The notes below the pieces were generated by a model. That model was not told the DNA's origin and ran no database searches. It worked only from the letters and a program-made list of their open reading frames with translations. The translations under genes were made by a program, and so were the position numbers. Of a DNA stretch of 64,000 bases, positions 10,834-20,399 are shown piece by piece; positions within the stretch are counted from its first letter, which is position 1; each line of letters begins with the position of its first letter. Location: the NCBI GenBank assembly GCA_017462035.1, contig JAFTRY010000030.1, positions 874 through 64,873 of the forward strand, written 5' to 3'. Source of the stretch: Clostridia bacterium. Its GTDB lineage: Bacteria > Bacillota > Clostridia > Oscillospirales > CAG-272.

Positions 10834-12183
10834 ATGGAGTGGCTCAATGGGGTGCTTCTCGGCAGACTGGTTCCCGTTCTGCTTCTGGGGGCGGGATTAT
10901 TTTACGGAGGACGGCTGGGATTTTTTCATCTTCTCAGACCCCATAAGGTCTTGAGGGAGCTCACCGAAAAAGGACAAGGGGGAGAAAACTCACCTCTGCG
11001 TGCCATGAGTCTGGCATTGGCAGGGACTCTGGGGGTCGGGAATCTTGTTGGGGTAGCGTCAGCGATCTGCCTTGGCGGGGCAGGGGCGGTGTTCTGGATG
11101 TGGGTCAGCGCGTTCTGCGCCATGCTTCTAAAATATGCGGAGATCGTGCTGGCAATGACCCACCGCCGTCGAAAGGATGCGGGGTGGCATGGCTCCGCTA
11201 TGCTGTATATACGGGATTATTTTACTCAAAGAAAAAGACCGGTTCTTGCCGTTTTACTCAGCGGCTTGTTTGCTCTTCTGTGTGCCCTCAATTCCCTGAG
11301 TATGGGAAGCATGATTCAGATACACGCCGTTAGTGAGGCAATGGAGGGTGTTGTGGGCGTGTCTCCCTTGCTCGTGGGGAGCGTTTTAGCTGTTGTGGTC
11401 TTTTTTCTTTTGCGAGGGGGCACCCAGCGGATTCTTCGTCTTAGTGCCAAGCTGGTTCCCTTTATGACCTTGGGATATCTGCTCCTGTCTCTTGCCGCTC
11501 TGATCCTCCGCCGAGAGGTCATTCCGTCCGTTCTTGGACGCATTTTTACGGATGCCTTCTCGGGAGAAGCGGCGGCGGGAGGGATCGGAGGCTTTCTTCT
11601 TGGTAAAGGGGTCCGTTATGGAACTATGCGAGGGCTCCTTTCCAATGAGGCGGGTTGCGGCACCGCCCCCATGGCACACGCCACCACCGACGGAACCGAT
11701 CCCGTTCGACAAGGAATTTGGGGTATCTTTGAGGTGTTCGCCGATACGATTCTCCTGTGTACCTTGACCGCCCTAGTGATTCTCACGTCGGGAGTCACGC
11801 TGGAGGGGGAGGACTATATGATGATTACGATTTCGGCTTACGCGGAGGTGCTGGGAGAATTCGCCGCCTATTTTTTGGCAGGAGCCGTTCTCCTGTTCGG
11901 TTTTGCCACCGTAGTCTGTTGGGGGCATTACGGAAGAGAAAGCGTAGCGTATCTGTCACCCTCCCCTCGGGTATGCTTTGGCTTTCAATTGACCTATGCC
12001 GCCAGTATCTTGGCGGGAGCGGTTTTCACCTCCCGTGAGATCTGGCAGATTGCCGACCTTGCCATCGGACTCATGACGTTGATCAATGTTCCCATTCTTT
12101 GCGCTATGAGCGGAGAGGTTTGTCGGGCAACAAAGTGCTTTCTGAGTACCGGGAAGAAGGAAAGGAAGAGAAAAAGGAATTGA
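10834..12183 (+). CDS. Alanine/glycine:cation symporter (AGCS family)
   Basis: LAGTLGVGNLVGVA, GGAGAVFWMW and SNEAGCG motifs; many TM segments. Confidence 0.9.
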   Translation: MEWLNGVLLGRLVPVLLLGAGLFYGGRLGFFHLLRPHKVLRELTEKGQGGENSPLRAMSLALAGTLGVGNLVGVASAICLGGAGAVFWMWVSAFCAMLLKYAEIVLAMTHRRRKDAGWHGSAMLYIRDYFTQRKRPVLAVLLSGLFALLCALNSLSMGSMIQIHAVSEAMEGVVGVSPLLVGSVLAVVVFFLLRGGTQRILRLSAKLVPFMTLGYLLLSLAALILRREVIPSVLGRIFTDAFSGEAAAGGIGGFLLGKGVRYGTMRGLLSNEAGCGTAPMAHATTDGTDPVRQGIWGIFEVFADTILLCTLTALVILTSGVTLEGEDYMMITISAYAEVLGEFAAYFLAGAVLLFGFATVVCWGHYGRESVAYLSPSPRVCFGFQLTYAASILAGAVFTSREIWQIADLAIGLMTLINVPILCAMSGEVCRATKCFLSTGKKERKRKRN

Positions 12184-12276
12184 ATTTTACGGAGAAACGT
12201 GGTATAATTGTGAGCGAAGGATCAAAGGAACAGCGAACCGTTTTCGCTTCCTGCGGAGAAATGGGGGAGAAGGATC

Positions 12277-12654
12277 ATGACAATGGAAGAAAGAAAGCAA
12301 CAGGTAAAGGGATATTTGGGTCAAATTGTCCGTATTGAGATTGACCGTCCCATCGGATACGTTCATCATAAAAGGGAGTATTCTCTGACCTACCCCATCA
12401 ATTACGGATATATTCCGGGGGTGCTGGGAGGAGACGGAGAAGAGCTGGACGTTTACCTGATGGGGGTGAATGAAGCGGTGACCGAATATACGGGGCGGAT
12501 TGTCGGTATCGTCCATCGGGAGAATGATGTGGAGGATAAGCTGATTATGGCACCAACGGATCAACGCTATACCGCCGAGGAGATCGCCGAGACCATTCAA
12601 TTCCAGGAGCGGTATTACCGTACGTACGTAGAGGCACTTTTTGCCGAGGACTGA
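12277..12654 (+). CDS. Short family I inorganic pyrophosphatase-like protein
   Basis: YPINYGYIPG...GDGEELDVY motif. Confidence 0.8.
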   Translation: MTMEERKQQVKGYLGQIVRIEIDRPIGYVHHKREYSLTYPINYGYIPGVLGGDGEELDVYLMGVNEAVTEYTGRIVGIVHRENDVEDKLIMAPTDQRYTAEEIAETIQFQERYYRTYVEALFAED

Positions 12655-12737
12655 GGAAGAGCGTAATTGCCCGGTATAAGATCGGTCTTCTCTGGTTACC
12701 ATAAGGTTGAGTCCGAGGATCACGAAAGGAGAACGAT

Positions 12738-13064
12738 ATGGTAGAGACCTGGAACGGAGAGGATTTTGAAAAAAGGCTGGAAGCGGTGGACCAATTGGCG
12801 GTGGTGGAATTTTACACGAAGGATTGTCCCTCCTGTAAAACCATGGCGATGATATTTGATTCGATTGCCAAGGAGTGGCAGGAAGATCACCGGGAGGTTC
12901 GCTTTGCAAAGGTGAATGTGGAGCACGAGGAAAGACTGCTCAATCGGTATCGGATCCGATCCGTACCCACCATTCTGGTTTTTCGGCGGGGAAAGCCGGT
13001 GGTGGAATCGGTAGGGAATATGGGGAGAGGTCGCCTGCAAGAATTGATCCGTTCCGCTTTGTGA
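12738..13064 (+). CDS. Thioredoxin-family protein
   Basis: CPSC redox motif, cis-Pro motif SVPT; AAAGGAG RBS. Confidence 0.85.
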   Translation: MVETWNGEDFEKRLEAVDQLAVVEFYTKDCPSCKTMAMIFDSIAKEWQEDHREVRFAKVNVEHEERLLNRYRIRSVPTILVFRRGKPVVESVGNMGRGRLQELIRSAL

Positions 13065-13138
13065 AAAACAAAAAAGGAGAATTCACGAAATTCCCATGCT
13101 GCCGTCAGCTGCCCGGCAAGAAAATATGATAGGATATA

Positions 13139-13177
13139 GCCGATGAGTCGGGATCTCCCCGTTTCATCGGCATTTTT
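13139..13177 (+). terminator. Intrinsic terminator
   Basis: GCCGATGA...TCATCGGC hairpin followed by T run. Confidence 0.65.
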
Positions 13178-13260
13178 GCGAAATTGGGCAATATCAAAAC
13201 AAAAAAGTCGTCAATCTGCATAGAAAACAAAATAAAAATGAAAGGAAATTGAACAACCTA

Positions 13261-13289
13261 TTGACAAAATGAAAACCGTATGATATGAT
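13261..13289 (+). promoter_or_regulatory. sigma-A promoter for the CDP-sugar operon
   Basis: TTGACA-17 nt-TATGAT with extended -10 TG. Confidence 0.75.
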
Positions 13290-13379
13290 AGATGTGTATG
13301 TGAAGGTGCGGATCGTGTCGAATTTGTACCAAAAAAGTTCTTATCAAGAGAAGAACGAGACAAGGAAAGGAATTATCAT

Positions 13380-14168
13380 ATGCAGGTCGTGATTTTGGCT
13401 GGAGGCTTCGGAACCAGAATTTCCGAGGAGTCTCATTTGAGACCGAAGCCCATGATTGAAATCGGCGGTATGCCCATTTTGTGGCATATCATGAAGAATT
13501 ACTCCGCATACGGATTCAATGAGTTTATTATCTGTGGCGGATATAAGCAGCACGTGATCAAGGATTTTTTCAACAATTACTTCCTTCATGCCTCCGATGT
13601 TACCTTTGATTTTACCAATAGCACCAATCGGATGCGAGTGCATAAGACCTATACGGAGCAGTGGAAGATCACGGTAGCTGATACCGGTCTGAACACTATG
13701 ACCGGAGGACGGATCCGCAGAATCAAGAAGTATCTAAATCCGGATGAGCCCTTCCTGCTGACTTACGGAGACGGTGTGGCGGATGTGGATCTGAACGCCC
13801 TGATCCAATTTCATAAAGAAAACGGCAAGCTGGCAACACTGACGGTGGTCAACGCCGGACAGCGGTTTGGCGTGATCAAGATGGGTAAGGAAAACGGTCA
13901 GATATCCTCCTTCCGTGAGAAGAGAGATTCTGACGGTAACCCCATTAACGGCGGCTTTATGGTTCTGGATCCCAAGGTGATTGATTATATCGAAGGCGAT
14001 GATACGGTCTTTGAGCGCTATCCTCTGGAGCAGCTTGCGAGGGAGGGACAGCTTTGCGGCTTCCGTCACGACGGCTTTTGGCAGTGTATGGATACCAAGA
14101 AGGACTGGGATACCTTGGAAAAAATGTGGGAGAGCGGAGAAGCTCCCTGGAAGAATTGGGTAGATTGA
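13380..14168 (+). CDS. rfbF: Glucose-1-phosphate cytidylyltransferase
   Basis: VILAGGFGTRISEE, PKPMIEIGG, TMTGGRI, LTYGDG and FWQCMDT motifs. Confidence 0.95.
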   Translation: MQVVILAGGFGTRISEESHLRPKPMIEIGGMPILWHIMKNYSAYGFNEFIICGGYKQHVIKDFFNNYFLHASDVTFDFTNSTNRMRVHKTYTEQWKITVADTGLNTMTGGRIRRIKKYLNPDEPFLLTYGDGVADVDLNALIQFHKENGKLATLTVVNAGQRFGVIKMGKENGQISSFREKRDSDGNPINGGFMVLDPKVIDYIEGDDTVFERYPLEQLAREGQLCGFRHDGFWQCMDTKKDWDTLEKMWESGEAPWKNWVD

Positions 14169-15241
14169 TGCTGAATTTAGAATTTTATCGCGGGAAGCGG
14201 GTGCTTCTCACAGGACATACTGGCTTCAAGGGTTCTTGGATGTGCCAGATCCTGAAGCAGGCGGGAGCGATCCTTACCGGCTATTCTCAAACACCTCCTA
14301 CGAATCCCTCCCTATTTGAGGCGGCGAAGGTGGAGGAGGGAATGACCTCGGTAATCGGGGACATTCGGGACTTGGAGGCGTTGAAGCGATGCTTTGACGA
14401 GGCAAAGCCCGAGATCGTGTTGCACCTGGCGGCACAGCCTATCGTGCGGGATAGCTATAAGGATCCCCATTATACCTATGAGACGAACGTCATGGGAACG
14501 GTAAACATCCTGGAGTGCGTGCGCCTTAGTGACAGTGTTCGCTCCTTCCTAAACGTGACCACTGATAAGGTCTATCAGAATAACGAGTGGGAGTGGGGTT
14601 ATCGTGAAAATGAGCCCCTGGACGGCTTTGATCCCTATTCCAACAGTAAGTCCTGCTCAGAGCTTGTGACTCATAGCTATAAAAACTCCTTCTTTGCCGA
14701 CGGTAGAGTGGCAATTTCCACCGCCAGAGCGGGAAATGTCATCGGCGGCGGCGACTTTGCCAATGACCGTATCATTCCCGATTGTATCCGTGCGGCACTG
14801 GAGAAAAGGGACATTATCGTCCGTAACCCTCATTCCACCCGTCCCTACCAGCACGTGCTGGAGCCGGTCATGGCATACCTGATGATCGCTCAGCGGCAGT
14901 ATGAGGACGGTGCGTACGCGGGATATTACAACGTGGGACCTGACGAGTGCGATTGCTTCCGTACTGGGGCTCTTGTGGATCTGTTCTGCCGTACCTGGGG
15001 CGAGGGCATGAAGTGGATCAACCGTTACGACGGAGGTCCTCACGAGGCAAACTTCCTCAAGCTGGATTGCTCCAAGCTAAAGACCACCTTTGAGTGGAAA
15101 CCGGTCTGGAATCTGGGTGATGCCGTAGCGGAAACCGTGGCGTTTTCCAAGTGTATGCGGGAAGGCGGAGACCTTGCCGAATGCATGAAGAGGCAGATTG
15201 CCCGCTTTGTTCGCGAGAGCGGCTGGATCAAATACGAATAA
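14168..15241 (+). CDS. rfbG: CDP-glucose 4,6-dehydratase
   Basis: TGHTGFKGSW, HLAAQP, DPYSNSK, RAGNVIGGGD and HVLEP motifs; translationally coupled to rfbF. Confidence 0.95.
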   Translation: MLNLEFYRGKRVLLTGHTGFKGSWMCQILKQAGAILTGYSQTPPTNPSLFEAAKVEEGMTSVIGDIRDLEALKRCFDEAKPEIVLHLAAQPIVRDSYKDPHYTYETNVMGTVNILECVRLSDSVRSFLNVTTDKVYQNNEWEWGYRENEPLDGFDPYSNSKSCSELVTHSYKNSFFADGRVAISTARAGNVIGGGDFANDRIIPDCIRAALEKRDIIVRNPHSTRPYQHVLEPVMAYLMIAQRQYEDGAYAGYYNVGPDECDCFRTGALVDLFCRTWGEGMKWINRYDGGPHEANFLKLDCSKLKTTFEWKPVWNLGDAVAETVAFSKCMREGGDLAECMKRQIARFVRESGWIKYE

Positions 15242-15342
15242 ATACCAAATCAGCGCCGGGCTTTCTGTCGCTGATTTTGTCTGTCCGCCTTATCCGAGGA
15301 GATTCGGGAAAGGTACCATCTATACACATAAAAGGAAATATT

Positions 15343-16275
15343 ATGAAGTATTCTTGTAAGAAAGCTGTGGTCACAGGTGCCACAGGTGCTGTGGGAATGG
15401 CTCTCCTGGATGAGCTGATTGAAAGGGGGATCCGTACCCTGGTGCTCTGCCGGGAGGCATCGCCCCGAAGTGCGCGGATTCCCGACCACCCCCTGATCCG
15501 AAAGGTCAACTGTCCTTTGGATCAGATGAAAAGCTGGACTCCCGATGAGGAGGATTCCTACGATGTATTCTTCCACTTCGCTTGGGAGGGAACCACCGGG
15601 GAGTCGAGAAACGACGTGATTTTGCAAAATCGGAACGTAACGTATATCTTGGCTGCCGTGGATCTTGCTCAGCGGCTGGGATGTCACACCTTCATCGGCG
15701 CGGGCTCCCAGGCGGAATACGGCAGAGTGGAGGGAAAGCTCAGCTCTGCTACCCCAACTCACCCCGAAAACGGCTATGGCATGGCGAAGCTCCATGCCGG
15801 TCAGATGAGCCGACTTCACTGTAAGCAGCGGGGAATCCGGCATATCTGGACTCGCATCCTCAGCGTGTACGGTCCCTATGACACCGAGCGTTCCCTGGTC
15901 ATGTCTACCCTTTTGAAGCTTCGGGCGGGAGAGATCCCCCAGTGTACCGCTGGGGAGCAGATCTGGGACTATTTGTACAGCGGTGATGCCGCAAAGGCAA
16001 TGTTAGCTGTGGCGAAATCGGGCAGAGACGGAGGCGTTTACTGCCTGGGCGGTGGCAGTCCTACCCCCTTGAAGGATTATATTTCCCAAATTCGGGAGAT
16101 CGCCGCTCCCGAGGGACAGGTCGCACTCGGTGCCATACCTTACGCGCCGGGACAGGTTATGTATCTGTGTGCCGACCTTTCGGAACTGACACGGGATACA
16201 GGTTTTCAGCCAAGTACTCCCTTCCGTGAGGGAATTGAAAAGACGGTTGCCTGGCTGGATGAAACCAATCAATGA
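15343..16275 (+). CDS. NAD-dependent epimerase/dehydratase (probable NDP-4-keto-sugar reductase)
   Basis: TGATGAVG Rossmann motif, GSQAEYG, YGMAK (YxxxK). Confidence 0.85.
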   Translation: MKYSCKKAVVTGATGAVGMALLDELIERGIRTLVLCREASPRSARIPDHPLIRKVNCPLDQMKSWTPDEEDSYDVFFHFAWEGTTGESRNDVILQNRNVTYILAAVDLAQRLGCHTFIGAGSQAEYGRVEGKLSSATPTHPENGYGMAKLHAGQMSRLHCKQRGIRHIWTRILSVYGPYDTERSLVMSTLLKLRAGEIPQCTAGEQIWDYLYSGDAAKAMLAVAKSGRDGGVYCLGGGSPTPLKDYISQIREIAAPEGQVALGAIPYAPGQVMYLCADLSELTRDTGFQPSTPFREGIEKTVAWLDETNQ

Positions 16276-16289
16276 TAAGGAGAACATAT

Positions 16290-17222
16290 ATGAAAAAGAT
16301 CAGTATCATGGTACCTTGCTATAACGAGGAGGAAAACGTCGTTCCCATGAGTCGGGCATTGGTGGAGCAAATGGAAGCGCTTCCCCAGTATGACTATGAA
16401 ATTTTGTTTATTGATAACTGCTCTCAGGATCGTACACGGGAGCTGCTTCGGCAGATCTGTGCCGAGAATCCGAAGATCCGTGCCATACTCAATTCCAAAA
16501 ACTTTGGGCAGTTTAACTCCCCCTATTACGGTATGTGCCAGACCACGGGCGACTGTACCCTCTGCGTCTGCTGCGACTTCCAGGATCCCGTGGAAATGAT
16601 CCCGAAGTTCTTGGAGGAATGGGAGAAGGGATATAAGATCGTCATCGGCATCAAGACCTCCAGTAAGGAAAGCAAGCTGATGTACTTCTTGCGGAGCATT
16701 TACTATAAGATGGTCCGGAAAATGTCCAAGGTGGAGCAGATCGAGCATTTTACAGGCTTTGGGCTGTACGATAAGAGCTTTATCGAAGTGCTTCGGAACC
16801 TGGACGACCCCACCCCCTTCCTCCGTGGCATCGTGGCGGAGCTGGGACCCAAGATCAAGCAGGTGGAATACGAGCAGGCAAAGCGTCGGGCAGGGAAGAC
16901 CAGCAACAATTTCTTTACCCTGTACGATGCCGCTATGCTTTCCTTCACCTCCTATACCAAGATCGGCATGCGCCTTGCCTCCTTCCTTGGAATTCTCATG
17001 AGCGGCGGAAGCGCGCTGGGGGCACTCGTCTGCCTCATTCTGAAACTCCTTGACGGAGGCTTGTTCCAAAGCGGAACAGCGGCGATCCTTTTGGCGATCC
17101 TCTTTGTAGGCGGACTCCAGCTCTTTTTCCTCGGTTTCCTTGGTGAGTACATAATGACCATTAACGCTCGTGTCATGAAGCGTCCCTTAGTAATCGAAGA
17201 GGAACGGATCAATTTTGACTGA
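16290..17222 (+). CDS. GT2 glycosyltransferase, GtrB/ArnC-like (polyprenol-phosphate glycosyltransferase)
   Basis: VPCYNEEENV, IDNCSQD, NFGQ, DFQDP and two C-terminal TM helices. Confidence 0.9.
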   Translation: MKKISIMVPCYNEEENVVPMSRALVEQMEALPQYDYEILFIDNCSQDRTRELLRQICAENPKIRAILNSKNFGQFNSPYYGMCQTTGDCTLCVCCDFQDPVEMIPKFLEEWEKGYKIVIGIKTSSKESKLMYFLRSIYYKMVRKMSKVEQIEHFTGFGLYDKSFIEVLRNLDDPTPFLRGIVAELGPKIKQVEYEQAKRRAGKTSNNFFTLYDAAMLSFTSYTKIGMRLASFLGILMSGGSALGALVCLILKLLDGGLFQSGTAAILLAILFVGGLQLFFLGFLGEYIMTINARVMKRPLVIEEERINFD

Positions 17223-17260
17223 TTGGATCGAATGTTACATAGACTTCTCTTATAGACTAC

Positions 17261-17294
17261 CCTCAGCGGAATATCCTTCCGCTGAGGATTTTTT
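17261..17294 (+). terminator. Intrinsic terminator
   Basis: CCTCAGCGGAA...TTCCGCTGAGG followed by T run. Confidence 0.8.
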
Positions 17295-17335
17295 GTGGAA
17301 AGAATGAATAATTATAAAAAATTTTATACACTTCC

Positions 17336-17364
17336 TTGACATTTGAGGAAATAAGCTTTATAAT
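17336..17364 (+). promoter_or_regulatory. sigma-A promoter for the nusB operon
   Basis: Perfect TTGACA-17 nt-TATAAT. Confidence 0.85.
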
Positions 17365-17434
17365 ATATATAATGGTAAATTGTGCCCGAATTTCGTCCGG
17401 AAAAAGGGCACCTATGACTGAAAGGATGTCAAAC

Positions 17435-17869
17435 ATGAGCGTATTGAAACGACGTGAAGCAAGAGAGATTGTGATCGGCTTATTATTTGAAAGCGAATTC
17501 CGCGCGGACGAGGATTACGTGGCGATCTTCGCCACCTCCTGCGAGGAGCGGGAGATCCCTTCCGACCCTTATGTAAAAAACGCATACTATACGATTTTTG
17601 AAAATCAGGAGACCATCGACGAGTGGATCGGCAGGCATGCCCACGGCTGGAAGACCAACCGTATGTCCAAGCTGTCCCGTTCCATCCTTCGCCTTGCCGT
17701 CTATGAAATGCTGTATGAGAAGGAGATCCCATATAGCGTGACCATCAACGAGGCAGTGGAGCTGACTAAGAAATTTGACGAGGATCGGGCACGTGCCTTC
17801 GTCAACGGGATCCTAAACTCGGTGAAGAGCGAGCTGGAAGCCGGAGAAACGGATGAACGGAAGTCCTGA
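17435..17869 (+). CDS. nusB: Transcription antitermination factor NusB
   Basis: RREARE, ILRLAVYEM, INEAVELTKKF and FVNGIL motifs. Confidence 0.95.
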   Translation: MSVLKRREAREIVIGLLFESEFRADEDYVAIFATSCEEREIPSDPYVKNAYYTIFENQETIDEWIGRHAHGWKTNRMSKLSRSILRLAVYEMLYEKEIPYSVTINEAVELTKKFDEDRARAFVNGILNSVKSELEAGETDERKS

Positions 17870-18827
17870 TATGAAGGGCTGTTACGTAGGCTTCGATACC
17901 AGTAATTACACCACCTCCGTCGCCGTTTGCGATGAAGAGGGACGGATCCTTGCCAATCTGAAGGCACCCTTGCCTGTGAAGGCGGGAGAGCGAGGATTGC
18001 GCCAGTCGGATGCCCTGTTCGCCCATACCAAGCACCTTCCCGGTCTTTGTGACCGCTTGGGAGCACTTTTGAGGGAGAGGGAGCTTATCCCCCTGGCAGT
18101 GGGCGTTTCCGCAAGACCCCGGGATGTAAAGGATTCCTACATGCCCTGCTTTTTGGCAGGGGTCAGCGCGGCACACTCCTTCGCAGCCGCGAGAAATCTG
18201 CCACTTTATGAGTTTTCCCATCAGAACGGTCACGTTATGGCGGCACTGTATTCCGCGGGACAGATCTCGCGCTTGATGAAGCAACCCTTTCTTGCCTTTC
18301 ACGTATCTGGCGGTACGACGGAGATGTTGTTGGTTCAACCAAAGGGTGCTGATTTTTCGGTGACATTGGTGGGAGAGACGGAGGATATCAATGCGGGTCA
18401 GGTAATTGATCGGGTCGGTGTGTCGCTGGGGCTCTCCTTCCCCTGCGGAAGAGAACTGGAGTCGCTGGCGGCATCCTATGAGGGAACACCTTACCGCCAT
18501 CCCGTTTGCGTAAGGAACGGACGGTGCAGCCTGTCGGGGGTAGAGAATATTGCCCTTCGATTGCGGAATGAGACCGGAGACGCTTCTGCCGTAGCGGCGT
18601 TCGTCTTTGATTTTATCGGGAGAACGCTGATTCGAATGGGAGAGCAGACCATGGAGACATACGGAACCATGCCCGTGCTGTTTGCGGGCGGGGTTATGTC
18701 CAATCGTCTGATGCGAGGAGAGTTGCTCCGACATTTTGACGCATACTTTGCTGAGCCAGAGTTTTCGGCGGACAACGCTGCTGGAATCGTCTTGCTTTGT
18801 CGAGGGCGGTACGCCTTCGAGAAATGA
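17853..18827 (+). CDS. TsaD/Kae1-like ASKHA-fold protein (peptidase M22 family paralog)
   Basis: GFDTSNYTTS, HQNGH, VSGGTT, AGQVIDRVG, AGGVMSN and DNAAG motifs. Confidence 0.85.
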   Translation: MNGSPDMKGCYVGFDTSNYTTSVAVCDEEGRILANLKAPLPVKAGERGLRQSDALFAHTKHLPGLCDRLGALLRERELIPLAVGVSARPRDVKDSYMPCFLAGVSAAHSFAAARNLPLYEFSHQNGHVMAALYSAGQISRLMKQPFLAFHVSGGTTEMLLVQPKGADFSVTLVGETEDINAGQVIDRVGVSLGLSFPCGRELESLAASYEGTPYRHPVCVRNGRCSLSGVENIALRLRNETGDASAVAAFVFDFIGRTLIRMGEQTMETYGTMPVLFAGGVMSNRLMRGELLRHFDAYFAEPEFSADNAAGIVLLCRGRYAFEK

Positions 18828-18856
18828 ATTGAGAATGAAACGATAGGAGGAGAGCC

Positions 18857-20095
18857 ATGAAAGAAGGCTCGGGTTTGCCGGCTCTGACCGTTACCGATGT
18901 CAACCGATATATCAAATCCCTGCTCAAACAGGACGAAGTGCTCTCCGCTGTGGCAATCCGGGGAGAGATCTCCAACTTTAAAGCCCATTCCAGTGGGCAC
19001 CTGTATTTTACCTTGAAGGACGAGGGCGCGGAGCTTTCTGCGGTCATGTTTCGGGGAGACGCTGTGCGCATGGGCTTTCGTCCGGCTGACGGAATGAGAG
19101 TGGTGGCGTACGGTAGCATAGATGTCTACGAAAAAAGCGGACGGGTGCAGCTGTACGTCCGCACCATGGTAGCCGACGGGATCGGAGCCATGATGATGGC
19201 GTACGAACGATTGAAGGAAGCACTGACCAGAGAAGGTCTGTTTGCTCCTGAGCGAAAGAAGCCCTTGCCTAAGTTTCCTCAGTGTGTGGGAGTCATTACA
19301 GCACCTACCGGGGCTGCGATCCGAGATATTTTGAATATTACCGGCAGACGGTACCCTCAGGCAAATATCCTGATCTACCCCTCTTTGGTGCAGGGAGCGG
19401 AGGCACCGGAAAATCTCTGCGCCGGACTGGCGTACCTCAATGCCGCGGAAGCCTGTGATGTTATTATCTTGGGACGGGGCGGAGGATCCATGGAGGACCT
19501 GTGGGCGTTTAACGACGAAGCCCTGGTACGGGCGGTGGCGGACTCTGTTATTCCCGTGATCTCGGCGGTGGGGCATGAAACCGACTTTACCCTGTGCGAC
19601 TTTGCGGCGGATTGCCGTGCCCCAACACCCTCCGCGGCGGCAGAGCTGGCACTTCCCGATCGAGGGGTGCTTGCTGCTTGGGTGAAGCAAGCCGACGAAC
19701 GAATAGAAAAGAGCGTGCTTCAGTTGGTAAATTACGCTCATAAACAGTTGACGGAGAGGGAAAGGGCTCTGACCTATCTGTCTCCCGATGGACGGTTGGA
19801 GCGTGTCAGACAGACCCTCTCGCAAAAAACGGAGAGCTTGACCAACTCCTTGGAAGCGATCTTTCATCGGGAAGAGGCGCGGTTCGATACGGCACTTCAA
19901 AAGCTTCATGCCCTGAGCCCCCTGGCAACCCTGCGGCGGGGCTACAGTGCCGTTCGGGATGGGGAGGGAAGAGTGGTTTCCTCCGTGACAAAGCTGTACC
20001 AAGGAGAAACGGTTCGCCTCTTGTTGCGAGACGGCGAAGCCGATGCCAATATTCTCGCAATCTATGAAGAATCCGATCAAGGAGGATCTGTATGA
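18857..20095 (+). CDS. xseA: Exodeoxyribonuclease VII large subunit
   Basis: GEISNF, SGHLYFTLKD, RGGGSMEDLWAFN, AVGHETDFT and APTPSAAAE motifs. Confidence 0.97.
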   Translation: MKEGSGLPALTVTDVNRYIKSLLKQDEVLSAVAIRGEISNFKAHSSGHLYFTLKDEGAELSAVMFRGDAVRMGFRPADGMRVVAYGSIDVYEKSGRVQLYVRTMVADGIGAMMMAYERLKEALTREGLFAPERKKPLPKFPQCVGVITAPTGAAIRDILNITGRRYPQANILIYPSLVQGAEAPENLCAGLAYLNAAEACDVIILGRGGGSMEDLWAFNDEALVRAVADSVIPVISAVGHETDFTLCDFAADCRAPTPSAAAELALPDRGVLAAWVKQADERIEKSVLQLVNYAHKQLTERERALTYLSPDGRLERVRQTLSQKTESLTNSLEAIFHREEARFDTALQKLHALSPLATLRRGYSAVRDGEGRVVSSVTKLYQGETVRLLLRDGEADANILAIYEESDQGGSV

Positions 20096-20385
20096 CGGAA
20101 GCAAAGACCCCTAAGAAGAAAACAATCACCGAAATGAACGGGGCGGAGGATGTGAAGCTGGAAGAGGCAATGCGCCGCTTGGATGAGGTGGTTTCGGCGC
20201 TGGACCGGGAAAATACAGACCTGGAGGAGGCGCTGAAGCTATATCAAGAGGGTGTACGCTTGGTGTCTCTGTGTAACCGAAAGCTGGAGGATGCCAGACG
20301 AACGATTGAAATATTAAAGATCAGTCCCGACGGGGAAATTACCCAAGAGCCATTTGCCCATGAAAACAAAATGACAAAGGAATGA
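20092..20385 (+). CDS. xseB: Exodeoxyribonuclease VII small subunit
   Basis: LEEAMRRLDEVV...LEEALKLYQEG; follows xseA. Confidence 0.93.
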   Translation: MTEAKTPKKKTITEMNGAEDVKLEEAMRRLDEVVSALDRENTDLEEALKLYQEGVRLVSLCNRKLEDARRTIEILKISPDGEITQEPFAHENKMTKE

Positions 20386-20399
20386 AAAGGAGAACCGTC

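Noticed and set aside
13065-13147. Possible 16-aa micro-ORF after the thioredoxin gene
   Set aside because: RBS spacing is too long and there is no other support.
18491-20104. 537-aa ORF antisense to xseA
   Set aside because: Shadow ORF with no recognisable motifs.
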